From: Candidatus Bathyarchaeia archaeon
Lineage (GTDB): Archaea; Thermoproteota; Bathyarchaeia; Bathyarchaeales; Bathycorpusculaceae
Direction of reading: 5' to 3'
Assembly (NCBI GenBank): GCA_050008435.1
Contig: JBEKMQ010000002.1
Coordinates: 175,929 to 239,928 of the forward strand
Length of the DNA stretch: 64,000 nucleotides
Positions 1 through 8,649 of the stretch are shown here, in pieces. Position 1 is the stretch's first letter. Each line of letters begins with the position of its first letter. The notes under the pieces are model-generated. The model did no database searches. It saw only the letters and a program-made list of their open reading frames with translations, and had not been told where the DNA came from. A program made the position numbers and the translations under genes.

Positions 1-23
1 TAGCTTGAGTATTTCTCCTTTAA

Positions 24-89
24 CTTGAAAATCGCAGTGTTTAGCTGTATTCTCTACTTGAAAATCGCAGTGTTTAGCTGTATTCTCTA
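24..89. repeat. perfect 33-bp tandem duplication (2 copies) spanning the tfs stop codon
   Basis: cttgaaaatcgcagtgtttagctgtattctcta occurs at 24-56 and again at 57-89. Copy 2 holds the last codons and stop of the minus-strand TFS gene. Confidence 0.95.
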
Positions 90-442
90 TATGTGTATTC
101 GCATTTTGTGCAGCGCAGGAACTGAGTTGAAGATTCGTCTGCACCTCTGGTCTGCACCTGCCAAACGTAGGCCAAGTTGTTGCCGCATTTTGGACATTCG
201 ATTCTCACGGTGGGTAACGTTCGAAGCTTCTGTTCTTCCTTGCCGATAACAGCGACGAGTTGCCGCGGGTTAGGCTGAATGATTTTTGCAGCCTTCGGTT
301 CGACCTTTTTATCGGATGCTCGTTTCTTGTAGCCGCACTTCGGGCAGGTCATCACCAACGCTGCTTCTTTTCCAGTTTTTCCCTTCTTTGGTGCGAGGCG
401 AGACCCACATTTTGGGCAAAATTCCATGCTGCCTGGCTCCAC
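74..442 (-). CDS. tfs: transcription factor S / RNA polymerase subunit M-type zinc-ribbon protein
   Basis: N-terminal CPKCG...CPKCG ribbon. C-terminal CPKCG...QTRGADESSTQF...CTKCEY matches the TFIIS-type RSADE acidic-loop ribbon. The more likely start is MEFCPKCG at 427. Confidence 0.85.
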   Translation of the reverse strand: MEPGSMEFCPKCGSRLAPKKGKTGKEAALVMTCPKCGYKKRASDKKVEPKAAKIIQPNPRQLVAVIGKEEQKLRTLPTVRIECPKCGNNLAYVWQVQTRGADESSTQFLRCTKCEYTYREYS

Positions 443-507
443 TGTTCGTTTGTCTCACCTTAGCATAGTCTCTTTTAAACTTTTTCTTGTCCCAATAAGT
501 ATTGCCG

Positions 508-1101
508 CTAAGTAGCATGTGCGCTGATTCCAGAAGCAACCAAGTGGGCTACGCGCAAAGCTTCAGGAATATTGCTCCTAGTAGAAGTCACCTGCAAGAT
601 TCTCTCAGCGTCTTCCTCGCAGATGCCCGCTATTTGCATGTAGACGCTGGAGCTCTTGCCTCTGGTGCATACTTCAAACAGTTCTCCGGTGCCTCGTATG
701 GCGCTCCAACGCCTCTCGCTGTAAGGCAGGTTCTCCAGGGCCCGCTTAATTTCCTCGAAGTCTGGTCTGTCTCGAGTGACCGCTATAACGGGAAGCCTCG
801 TTTCAGCGTTAAGCTTCCTGATGTCGACCACGTTGAAACCCGCGAACGTGACGCCGTTGAGCATTATCACTCTCAGCTGCTTGTGATGAGGCGACCCTGT
901 TATCATGGAAGCAATTTTGCGTGTAGCATCCAAGCCGTCCACCTTGACTCTCGTATGCATCACGCCGTCAAGCCAGTAGCCGCCGCGGAAGACTACACCG
1001 ACTATCAGGGCGTCCCCCTTCACGTGAGGCGTAAAAACCCCGTCGTCGACCCCCAAGACCCTAATCTCAGTCTTGACAATGCGGAATCTTTTGCTTGACA
1101 A
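508..1101 (-). CDS. DUF99 (UPF0215) family protein
   Basis: 197 aa. The pattern VLGVDDG...GVVFRGG.WLDGV...VDGLDAT is typical of the archaeal DUF99 family. Confidence 0.6.
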   Translation of the reverse strand: MSSKRFRIVKTEIRVLGVDDGVFTPHVKGDALIVGVVFRGGYWLDGVMHTRVKVDGLDATRKIASMITGSPHHKQLRVIMLNGVTFAGFNVVDIRKLNAETRLPVIAVTRDRPDFEEIKRALENLPYSERRWSAIRGTGELFEVCTRGKSSSVYMQIAGICEEDAERILQVTSTRSNIPEALRVAHLVASGISAHAT

Positions 1102-1149
1102 AAGAAGGCCTCAATTCGCCACAAATACCAAGGCGTATAACTTTATAAG

Positions 1150-1842
1150 TTGATACTTTGGTCAAATGTCATCATGATCATGGAAACGGTCATGGCATGT
1201 TTCCTCTTGGCCTGCTTAATAGTTTTCTTCTCGATAAACCTGCACAACGTCCTCGTAGTTCACAAGCACGCTGACAAAACGACCCCGCGCGCCGAGGTTG
1301 ATCACCCATCCGGCCTCATCTTTGACTTAGCAGCTCTCGGCACCATAGTCTATTTCGTTGAAGCCGCCTCCTATCCGATCCTCATCCTGACCAATTCTAT
1401 CTCGGTACTAAGGGTCGCTGGATTCACCGTCTCAGACACGTTCACTCTCTATGCGCAGATTTTGGGCCTGCTTCTGACGGCACTCGGTTACTTCCTGTTC
1501 TTGTGGAGTGTCGTGGCCCGGGGGAAATACGCGACTTCATGGGCTATGCGAGAGAGCCACAGACTCGTCACGTGGGGCCCATACCGTCTCGTCCGCCACC
1601 CTTCCTATCTGGCCTATTTCGCCATGTTCATCGGATTTCTTTTCGCCTGGCCGAGCTGGCTGTCCCTGATTCCATTAATCGCCATCCCGGGCTATTTCCA
1701 AGTAACTTTTCAAGAAGAGAAGCTCCTGGAACTACGCTTCGGCGAAGAATACTTGAAATACCAGAGGAAAACCGGACGTTTTATCCCAAGGATAAAGACT
1801 CATGCTAAGGAAGCGCAGAAGGACTCAAGGGTTCCGCTGTGA
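1150..1842 (+). CDS. isoprenylcysteine carboxyl methyltransferase (ICMT)-family membrane methyltransferase
   Basis: Multi-TM protein with LVTWGPYRLVRHPSYL and EEKLLELRFGEEY motifs characteristic of the ICMT/PEMT family. Confidence 0.7.
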   Translation: MILWSNVIMIMETVMACFLLACLIVFFSINLHNVLVVHKHADKTTPRAEVDHPSGLIFDLAALGTIVYFVEAASYPILILTNSISVLRVAGFTVSDTFTLYAQILGLLLTALGYFLFLWSVVARGKYATSWAMRESHRLVTWGPYRLVRHPSYLAYFAMFIGFLFAWPSWLSLIPLIAIPGYFQVTFQEEKLLELRFGEEYLKYQRKTGRFIPRIKTHAKEAQKDSRVPL

Positions 1843-2234
1843 AGCAAAAAAACAGAATGCCCTCTTTCACAGAATCGCACGGCAGTTTAACCAAAGTTCT
1901 TGCTGATCATGGGCTAGCGTCGCTCGGCGACACGTTCGTCAACCTTGTTTGCTCATTAGCACTCTCGAACAGAAGAGGCAAACCTTGCGGCACAAGAGTC
2001 AAGGGTTCACTTCTTGCGGAAGGGCTGAGAAGGGCTGGGTTGAGACAATACGTTCCATCGAGAGCGACTCGCCACACGTTGGCAGACGCTGCCGAGGCCC
2101 TAATCGTCCACGCGTGGTTGAAGAACTGCATTACCCTGGAGGAAAGCGTGGCAACTCTGGAGAAGAGTGAAGATTTAGCTGAAGGCTTGAATCAGCTGCT
2201 TCAAACGATATTGCGCAGGATCAAGCTTTCTTAA
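1839..2234 (+). CDS. hypothetical protein with RNase III-like signature
   Basis: LASLGDTFVNLV and LADAAEALIVHAW resemble the RNase III LGD / ADxxEAlIGA motifs. The GTGA start/stop overlap with the upstream gene suggests an operon. By-eye assignment only. Confidence 0.35.
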   Translation: MKQKNRMPSFTESHGSLTKVLADHGLASLGDTFVNLVCSLALSNRRGKPCGTRVKGSLLAEGLRRAGLRQYVPSRATRHTLADAAEALIVHAWLKNCITLEESVATLEKSEDLAEGLNQLLQTILRRIKLS

Positions 2235-2505
2235 GAGCCCGCTCAAACTCCTTGCCGAAGTCACTGTTTAACTCTCGCGCTTTTGCCAACGCACTCTTCA
2301 GAACAGCTTCAGGTTTCACTTTGCCCTTCGTGCGCACGTAGACTATCGCTTTCGGAGTCATCGGATGAGGAATATCATAGCCTGCCAAATCCACGTTCTC
2401 TTCGTCCAAGATCCTTTTCTGGAGCAGGTTGAATAGGGTATGACCGGCACCGTCGACCTCCAATCTTAACTCGTTCGAAGTCTTGTTAAGAACCTTAACT
2501 TTCAT
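2221..2505 (-). CDS. rpoL: DNA-directed RNA polymerase subunit L (Rpo11)
   Basis: 94 aa. GHTLFNLLQKRIL...AGYDIPHP is the conserved RpoL/Rpb11 motif. It overlaps csl4 by 4 nt. Confidence 0.85.
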   Translation of the reverse strand: MKVKVLNKTSNELRLEVDGAGHTLFNLLQKRILDEENVDLAGYDIPHPMTPKAIVYVRTKGKVKPEAVLKSALAKARELNSDFGKEFERALKKA

Positions 2506-3125
2506 TCAAAGCTTCCCTCTTCCGAAGTGAGCCCCTTCCCATAATCAAAAGCCGTTTTCCTTCCTTCAATCCTTCCGCATTTAAGGCAATGCATGCCCTG
2601 ACGCCTCGATTCCAACGTGCCACCGCAGCTTGAGCAGAACGCGTAGATGACGCCAAGTTCCTTGTCCTTAGTCGACAAATGGTAAACTTGGTTTTTCTCG
2701 CTGATCACCTTTGCCCTTATGATGTCTCCTGCCTTGCAAATCTCAAACATGGAATCAACATATCTCACGTGCACGTCGGAAATGTGCAGGACGCCCATGA
2801 AGGCGCCGGTAAGCTCCTTGTCTCCAACTTGGAAAATGCGCACGTTAGCGTTTTCAGGCTGGACTAATGACACTTGCCCCACTATTGTGCTTCCGAGCTT
2901 AGGCATCAACACCTCTCGACCGGCTGGACTGACAGAAACGCGTCTTGTCGCAAAATCAAGCATGGCCCTGCCGACGAGCTTAGAGTAGATCACACCATCT
3001 TTGACGAAAGTCCCTGCGTCCGGCACGAATTCTTCGATAACCCCTAAACGCTCGCCGGGGAGCACTAAATCCCCAGTTTTCGGTGCAGCTGGTTTTGCAT
3101 CCATTCTTAACCCTTTTCCCACCAT
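2502..3125 (-). CDS. csl4: exosome complex RNA-binding subunit Csl4
   Basis: S1-like core plus a C-terminal zinc ribbon (CSSCGG...CLKCG), in the conserved rpoL-csl4 neighbourhood. Confidence 0.8.
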   Translation of the reverse strand: MVGKGLRMDAKPAAPKTGDLVLPGERLGVIEEFVPDAGTFVKDGVIYSKLVGRAMLDFATRRVSVSPAGREVLMPKLGSTIVGQVSLVQPENANVRIFQVGDKELTGAFMGVLHISDVHVRYVDSMFEICKAGDIIRAKVISEKNQVYHLSTKDKELGVIYAFCSSCGGTLESRRQGMHCLKCGRIEGRKTAFDYGKGLTSEEGSFE

Positions 3126-3270
3126 CGCGTATTGACATCGTCACGTTCAAACTTAGTTAAATGTATTTACCCGCCTGCTGGGTAACTGTAGTTTTCATTG
3201 CCTATCAATAAACCTTTTGATCATTCACGCGGATAAACGCGTTTCCCACGCAGACCAGTCGACAAAGTCA

Positions 3271-3966
3271 TCAGCTTTCTATGACGTACAGGTCAACTAT
3301 GAACTCGTGTTTTCTCTTCGTGTGGAAATTGAACATATACGGAATCGACATTATCATAGCATAGACTGCCTTAATCTTGCGTCCCTGCTTCTCAATGATT
3401 CCTTCCAAGAAGGGAGAGGCCGAAACAGCCACGATGCCGGTCGAGCAAGATTTCACCATCCTATAGAGGGTCCTGTCGGCGTGCTGATCCTTGTGAAGGG
3501 AATAGACAGTTTTTCCCACTTCCAAGGCTTTCTCCAGAAACTTCCGGTCAGCTCCAACTCTCTGAACCCCGTACGGGGGATTCTGCAGCACCGTATCGAA
3601 ATCGCCTCGTATCGTACGCACGTCCGCGACGAGCCAGTCCGCCTTGTCTTTCAACCCGAGTCTTCTCGAGTTTTCAACCGCAACCTTAACGGCAGTTTTG
3701 TCTATATCTACTCCCAGAGCTTCCTTCGCGCCTAAGAACGCTGCACCCAAGGCTAATCTTCCCGTGCCACATCCCAAATCCAAAACTGACCTACCGAAAA
3801 TGCGATTGTCCGCGTAAGCGGCGACGTAGAGCATGCGTGCAGCAACATCCGCGGGAATCGTGTACTGCTCCATATCCGCTTTAGGCTCAGGATGAGGTTC
3901 AACACGAGAAAGAAGCATTTCCAATTCTAGTTTTCGAACAATCCTTTTCTGCATAGTTCTTCCCAA
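3271..3966 (-). CDS. class I SAM-dependent methyltransferase, METTL5-like (NPPY motif)
   Basis: LDLGCGTGRL (motif I) and LQNPPYG (motif IV). It sits between csl4 and dph2, as in many archaea. Confidence 0.7.
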   Translation of the reverse strand: MGRTMQKRIVRKLELEMLLSRVEPHPEPKADMEQYTIPADVAARMLYVAAYADNRIFGRSVLDLGCGTGRLALGAAFLGAKEALGVDIDKTAVKVAVENSRRLGLKDKADWLVADVRTIRGDFDTVLQNPPYGVQRVGADRKFLEKALEVGKTVYSLHKDQHADRTLYRMVKSCSTGIVAVSASPFLEGIIEKQGRKIKAVYAMIMSIPYMFNFHTKRKHEFIVDLYVIES

Positions 3967-4931
3967 GACATCTCGCCGAGAACCACTAAAACCTCATTGT
4001 ATGAAAGTATAGGTGCGCGGAATCTCGGGGCATCTTCTATCGTTAACCTCGGACACGCCGTGTTCACAAAGACATCTATCGTTGGAAACTCCATAAGCGC
4101 TTCCGGAGTGACTTCTTCAATCACGAACATGTAGGCAACCTTTCCTTTCTCTTCGAGCTTCCGCTTCAGCTGCGAAGCTAGCTCCAGATTCTTCTGCCCC
4201 GGCTTTAATCCCACAAGAACTCCAAATGTCCTCGCCTTTTGAGCCTCTTCCACGCTTCTCCATCGTTGTCTAATAATTCTTTCAGCCTCATCATCGATAG
4301 AGAAAGCCTCACAATTGTACGGGTCAGCAACCACCGTGGGTTTTAAGGTTGACAATGCTACGCCAAGGGCATGGAATCGACCTCCGCCGACAAAGAGAAA
4401 GGCCTCAACATCCTTTGCTACTGATTTAGCATTGCTGTAATCGCATCCTATAACCTGTCCAGGGTAGCTCAGTCTTCCAGCGTCACCCGTCATGACGGTT
4501 TTCCCGGCTCGAACGAGTATCTCCCTGACTGAGTCGATGGTCTGCACATGCTGGACCGTGGTGGTCAAACCGATATTGTTCCATTTTTCCAAGAGCGGCA
4601 GGGCTTTTTCAACAGCACTTTCAACGTCTAGCGTTGCTCTCGCCTCAACATAAATCGTAGGTACCGGCTCGTGTTTCACCAGCTTCGAATGCCCATAGTG
4701 AACGATCAGGTCCACGCCTAGACCTTCTGCATCTTGTGTGGCTAGATCACATGCGCCGTAGCAGGGATCCGCGGAAATCATAGGCAAAGCCCCAGTTTTT
4801 TCAATGAACCTGGCCAAACGCGGGGCTTCAGGCTTTAGGCCTTCAGGAAGCTGTAGCAGAACACGTTTGGCCCCGATTTTCAGTATCGCCTGTCGTACTC
4901 TTTCCTCTTCAAAATCATAACTCTTCATCAA
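3927..4931 (-). CDS. dph2: 2-(3-amino-3-carboxypropyl)histidine synthase (diphthamide biosynthesis Dph2)
   Basis: 334 aa with the YGACD, VHYGHS and FVGGGRFH motifs typical of archaeal Dph2. Confidence 0.8.
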   Translation of the reverse strand: MMKSYDFEEERVRQAILKIGAKRVLLQLPEGLKPEAPRLARFIEKTGALPMISADPCYGACDLATQDAEGLGVDLIVHYGHSKLVKHEPVPTIYVEARATLDVESAVEKALPLLEKWNNIGLTTTVQHVQTIDSVREILVRAGKTVMTGDAGRLSYPGQVIGCDYSNAKSVAKDVEAFLFVGGGRFHALGVALSTLKPTVVADPYNCEAFSIDDEAERIIRQRWRSVEEAQKARTFGVLVGLKPGQKNLELASQLKRKLEEKGKVAYMFVIEEVTPEALMEFPTIDVFVNTACPRLTIEDAPRFRAPILSYNEVLVVLGEMSWEELCRKGLFEN

Positions 4932-4994
4932 GCCACTTCCAAAGTATTGATGTTGCGAAGCTTAGCAAAGGAAAAGCAGAATGTGCAGCAGCTG

Positions 4995-7442
4995 CTATTC
5001 AGATGCCCATTTGAAACCTTGATTTCTCTTCGCAGAATGGCGCATGATCCTTTCATGTTGCTCTGCGAGCCTTTCAAGCACTATCTTGTGTTCTATACTT
5101 GCTACGAGCTTCTTGGTTGATATGACCGCATCGTTGTTTACTGATATGCTGTCTATTCCCACTCTCACTAGGAACTCAGCGAAGTCTGGCAGGTTTGATG
5201 GACCTTCGCCGCATATGGACACTGTTGTCCCATTCTCATGTGCGACCCTGATCAAATGCGCGAGTATCCTTTCAACGGCTGGGTCTCTTTCATCGAAGTA
5301 GCCCATTTGGCCTAAGCGCTCGGAATCCCTGTCAATCATCAGGATGCCCTGAGTCATATCGTTTGAGCCTATGGAGAACCCATCGCAGAGTTTTGAGAAT
5401 TCATCGGCAAGTATTGCGATCGATGGGGTTTCAGCCATGAACCATATCTTGAAATCCTTCGTTCTTTCAAGCCCTTCTTCGCGCATGATCTCCAATACTT
5501 TCTCTGCTTCCCAGACTGTGCGTACTACTGGAATCATGACCCATACGTTCTTGAGACCCCATTCTCTTCGGCACTTTTGTATCGCTTGGCATTCAAGCCT
5601 GTAGGCCTTCTCGTACCATTCGCTTATGTAGCGGCTGCATCCTCTCCAGCCCAGCATCGGGTTATTCTCCACGATCTCATACTTGTCGCCGCCTTTGAGC
5701 TCGCGGTACTCGTTGGTCTTGAAGTCGCTGAAGCGCACAACAACGGGACGCGGCTGTATTGTCCTCGCAACAGTCGCTATGCCCCCGGCCAGCTTATCGA
5801 TGAAAACCTGCGACCGCCCCGTCTCTATAAAGGACATAGGGTGCTCACCTATGTAGCTGGCCAGTATGAATTCCATGCGCATCAGACCGATGCCTTCGAA
5901 AGGCAAGTCTTTGTACTCTTCAACTTTTTCTGGCACGCCCAGGTTCATGTAAATCTTTGTTGCAGTCACGGGCACAGATTGGAAGACGCCTCCTGACACT
6001 GGCATGCCGGAAACACCAGTTCCGCCAGCAGAGGAGAGTTGCGCAGTCAGAGTCTGCAGTACACCTTCGTAGACGATGCCGCTTCTAGAATCAACGGTGT
6101 ACTTCTTTCCAGTGACCAGAAGCTTCGTAGCGTTCTCGGTTCCCACGACACATGGAATACCGAGCTCACGGCTGACGATGGCGGCATGGCAGGTCACTCC
6201 CCCCTTGTCAGTCACTATTGCCCCAGCCAGCTTCATGAAGGGCACATAGTCCGGATTAGTCATGTCAGTGACGAGCACGTCGCCTTTCTGCATCACTCTT
6301 GAAGCCTCTTCTGGGTCCATGACGACCTTTGCAACGCCTATTCCGAAGCCTCTTTTTCCCGCAGCGATTCCCCTAACTACAACCTTTAACATCTCTGCTT
6401 GCCCAGTTCCTTCCGCTTCGGCTTTGGATCGAGCCTCAGGCGTTTTTTGACTCCAGACAGTTTCAGGTCTCGATTGCACCATGAATATGTTACTAGGAAA
6501 AGGCAGATCCCTGTCGATTGCCCACTCGATATCTTGAGGCTTACCATAATGATCCTCAATACGCTTAGAAAGTTCTGCAAGCGTCCGGATCTCCTCATCA
6601 CTGACGCAAGGTTGCTCCTGTTTCTCACTGGGTACTTCTGCATGAATGGTCTTGCCAGTGTTCGGATCACGAACGTATTGGACAGTCTTCTTAGCAATGT
6701 GCCGCTCAATTATTCTCATTGTTTTCTTTTCAACCACAAAATCATCCGGCGTGACAGAGCCAGACACGACGGCCTCGCCTAGACCCCAATTGCCATCTAT
6801 CACGATCTGACCAGGGTCGCCCGTGACAGGGTTTATCGTGAACAGCACTCCCGCAACCTTGGAGTTCACCATCTTTTGAACGCCGACGCTTAAGAAGACC
6901 TTTTCATGCGCAAACCCCTTCTCATCACGGTAGAATATTGCACGCGGCGTGAAAAGGCTTGACCAGCATTTCACCGTGTACTTGAGAAGCTCGGAGATGC
7001 CTCGCACGTTCAGAAAAGTCTCCTGCTGACCGGCAAAAGATGCATCAGCCAAGTCCTCAGCCGTTGCGCTTGATCTCACAGCGACAAAAACATCGTTCAC
7101 GTTGAGTTTCTTGCCCAATTGCTCGTAAGCGGCTCTGATGGCATTCTCAATGTCCTTAGGCATGGGCGTTTCTTCAATCAACTCTCGAATCTTCTTCGAA
7201 GCCACCTCGTACAGCTTCGGGTCGCCAGGATTCGTCACAGTCTCCCTTATGATCTCGTATATCTTCGAGGATATCCCAGTCTCCTCGATGAACTTCTTAT
7301 ATGCATACGCCGTTAGAGCGAAACCTGGCGGAACAGGTATCCCCGCGCTAGTAATCTCCCCCAAATTTGCATTCTTCCCGCCTACTGAGGGGATGTCAGT
7401 TTTTCTCAGGCTCTCGAACCAAATAATCAAATCCTGACGCAT
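4995..7442 (-). CDS. ppsA: phosphoenolpyruvate synthase
   Basis: GGKNANLGE ATP-grasp N-terminus, TDKGGVTCHAAIVSRELGIPCVVG phosphohistidine domain, and a C-terminal PEP-utilising TIM barrel (GSNDMTQ). The ORF runs to 7484, but the Arg/Lys-rich 14-aa extension is unlikely to be translated. Confidence 0.95.
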   Translation of the reverse strand: MRQDLIIWFESLRKTDIPSVGGKNANLGEITSAGIPVPPGFALTAYAYKKFIEETGISSKIYEIIRETVTNPGDPKLYEVASKKIRELIEETPMPKDIENAIRAAYEQLGKKLNVNDVFVAVRSSATAEDLADASFAGQQETFLNVRGISELLKYTVKCWSSLFTPRAIFYRDEKGFAHEKVFLSVGVQKMVNSKVAGVLFTINPVTGDPGQIVIDGNWGLGEAVVSGSVTPDDFVVEKKTMRIIERHIAKKTVQYVRDPNTGKTIHAEVPSEKQEQPCVSDEEIRTLAELSKRIEDHYGKPQDIEWAIDRDLPFPSNIFMVQSRPETVWSQKTPEARSKAEAEGTGQAEMLKVVVRGIAAGKRGFGIGVAKVVMDPEEASRVMQKGDVLVTDMTNPDYVPFMKLAGAIVTDKGGVTCHAAIVSRELGIPCVVGTENATKLLVTGKKYTVDSRSGIVYEGVLQTLTAQLSSAGGTGVSGMPVSGGVFQSVPVTATKIYMNLGVPEKVEEYKDLPFEGIGLMRMEFILASYIGEHPMSFIETGRSQVFIDKLAGGIATVARTIQPRPVVVRFSDFKTNEYRELKGGDKYEIVENNPMLGWRGCSRYISEWYEKAYRLECQAIQKCRREWGLKNVWVMIPVVRTVWEAEKVLEIMREEGLERTKDFKIWFMAETPSIAILADEFSKLCDGFSIGSNDMTQGILMIDRDSERLGQMGYFDERDPAVERILAHLIRVAHENGTTVSICGEGPSNLPDFAEFLVRVGIDSISVNNDAVISTKKLVASIEHKIVLERLAEQHERIMRHSAKRNQGFKWASE

Positions 7443-7443
7443 T

Positions 7444-7962
7444 TCACTCAACAATTTTCGCCTCTTCCTCCTGCTTCTTCTCAACGACTATACGACATGG
7501 AATACAAAGTTTCGCGCTCCCTCGCTTCAAAGCGATCTTCGCCGTTTCAACGCCCTCCGCACCTACATGGACCACGATTATCGTCTGATCAGCCCTCACG
7601 CGCGCCGCGGTACCGATTGGTCTTCCGAAAGAAGCCCGCATGCCTTGCTGCAAACGATCAGCATGCGCGCCGAAGATCATCTTGTTCTCCCTGAGAATGT
7701 TATGTGGGTAGGGCAGAACGTCCAAACGATAATTGTTTACAAGCTTGTCCAGCAAAATACGGTTAGAGGCTATGCGAGCAGCCTCCAGAGAGACGTGTCT
7801 AATCTGAGCTTGCTCCAAGGCAATGAGCTTCGCTTCATATTCAAACTGCTTCTTCGTGTCTCCCATCGTGAACTTTGTTATTTTCGGTGGAGGAAAACCC
7901 TTCGTAAATTCCTTCCTCGTGTTAGATTGACCCTTAACGGGCCGATAGTTCTTTGCATGCAT
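7444..7962 (-). CDS. rpl10e: 50S ribosomal protein L10e (uL16)
   Basis: 172 aa. YRPVKG...FTKG.PPPKI and LEAARIA motifs of L10e. Confidence 0.9.
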   Translation of the reverse strand: MHAKNYRPVKGQSNTRKEFTKGFPPPKITKFTMGDTKKQFEYEAKLIALEQAQIRHVSLEAARIASNRILLDKLVNNYRLDVLPYPHNILRENKMIFGAHADRLQQGMRASFGRPIGTAARVRADQTIIVVHVGAEGVETAKIALKRGSAKLCIPCRIVVEKKQEEEAKIVE

Positions 7963-7995
7963 TTCAGATGCCCCTTCTGCATACCATAACGGTCT

Positions 7996-8003
7996 TATTT
8001 AAA
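7996..8003 (-). promoter_or_regulatory. putative TATA box for rpl10e
   Basis: TTTAAATA on the minus strand, about 34 nt upstream of the ATG at 7962. Confidence 0.4.
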
Positions 8004-8143
8004 CGTATATTGCAACATGCTTACGTCCTGAATCGCTGATTTATCTTCTGATTCAACAATACATATTCAGCATCTACAAAAACCAAATCACCCAAAACTT
8101 CAACTACAAATTGTTCACGTGTAGAGACCAAAATAAAAAGCTG

Positions 8144-8252
8144 AAAAACCGACCTAGGAGGAGGGGGTCAAATGTTCGCGTGATTTCAACCCAACATTTG
8201 GGTGCAACCCGCTTCTGCGATCAGCCCACGCGAGGCTTCATGCTGGAAACCC
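8144..8252 (+). repeat. structured repeat unit U1 (type I hairpin)
   Basis: AAAAACCGACCTAGGAGG leader. Hairpin CAAATGTT (8169-8176) / loop CGCGTGATTTCAACCC / AACATTTG (8193-8200). Tail ends in CTGGAAACCC. Confidence 0.85.
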
Positions 8253-8365
8253 AAAAAAAACCAGCCTAGGAGGGGGGAGGTGCGTTTTAAGCGTGTTTTC
8301 AACCCTAAAACGCAGTTTAACCCGCTTCGGCCATCAGCTCACACGAGGCTTCGCGTCAGAAACCC
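8253..8365 (+). repeat. structured repeat unit U2 (type II hairpin)
   Basis: Same architecture as U1. Hairpin TGCGTTTTA (8281-8289) / loop AGCGTGTTTTCAACCC / TAAAACGCA (8306-8314). Tail CATCAGC..CACGAGGCTTC..CAGAAACCC. Confidence 0.85.
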
Positions 8366-8649
8366 AAAAAATGACACGGGCAACTACTCCTGATTTCACC
8401 GCCAAAAGATGAAACCAAGTACAACAAACCTTTGAGTATGAGGCAACAACCTTCTCCTTCAAGCTGACCAAAGGAGGAACGGCGGCCGCTTGAACCTCGA
8501 TACAAAAAGCAGAATCTGCCATAAAATCAAAGCCTACAAGCGATCCGAATTTTCACCAACCGAAAACCCTAGACTGCAACGCTAAAATACAAGCATGCCC
8601 ATTAGCAATCGAATCGATCACAAAAAATGCCAGCAAAACCGACTCGACG

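Noticed and set aside
5044-7437. Many 60-140-aa ORFs antisense to or out of frame with ppsA
   Set aside because: They are fully embedded in a high-confidence 815-aa CDS and have biased, low-complexity translations.
7443-7484. N-terminal extension MRRSRRKRRKLLSE of ppsA
   Set aside because: It overlaps the 3-prime end of rpl10e. PEP synthase homology begins at MRQDLIIWF, so the extension is an ORF-caller artefact.
8169-8200. Relationship between the 16-nt hairpin loop (GTGTTTTCAACCC) and the reverse complement of the island element centre (AAGTTTTATCCAACC)
   Set aside because: They share only GTTTT..CAACC. That is too short and low-complexity to claim homology without statistics.
8144-8365. 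C/D-box sRNA interpretation of the ~110-nt units
   Set aside because: On the opposite strand a UGAUGG-like box appears in some copies (GCTGATGGC) but is UGAUCG in another, and no properly placed CUGA D box is conserved.
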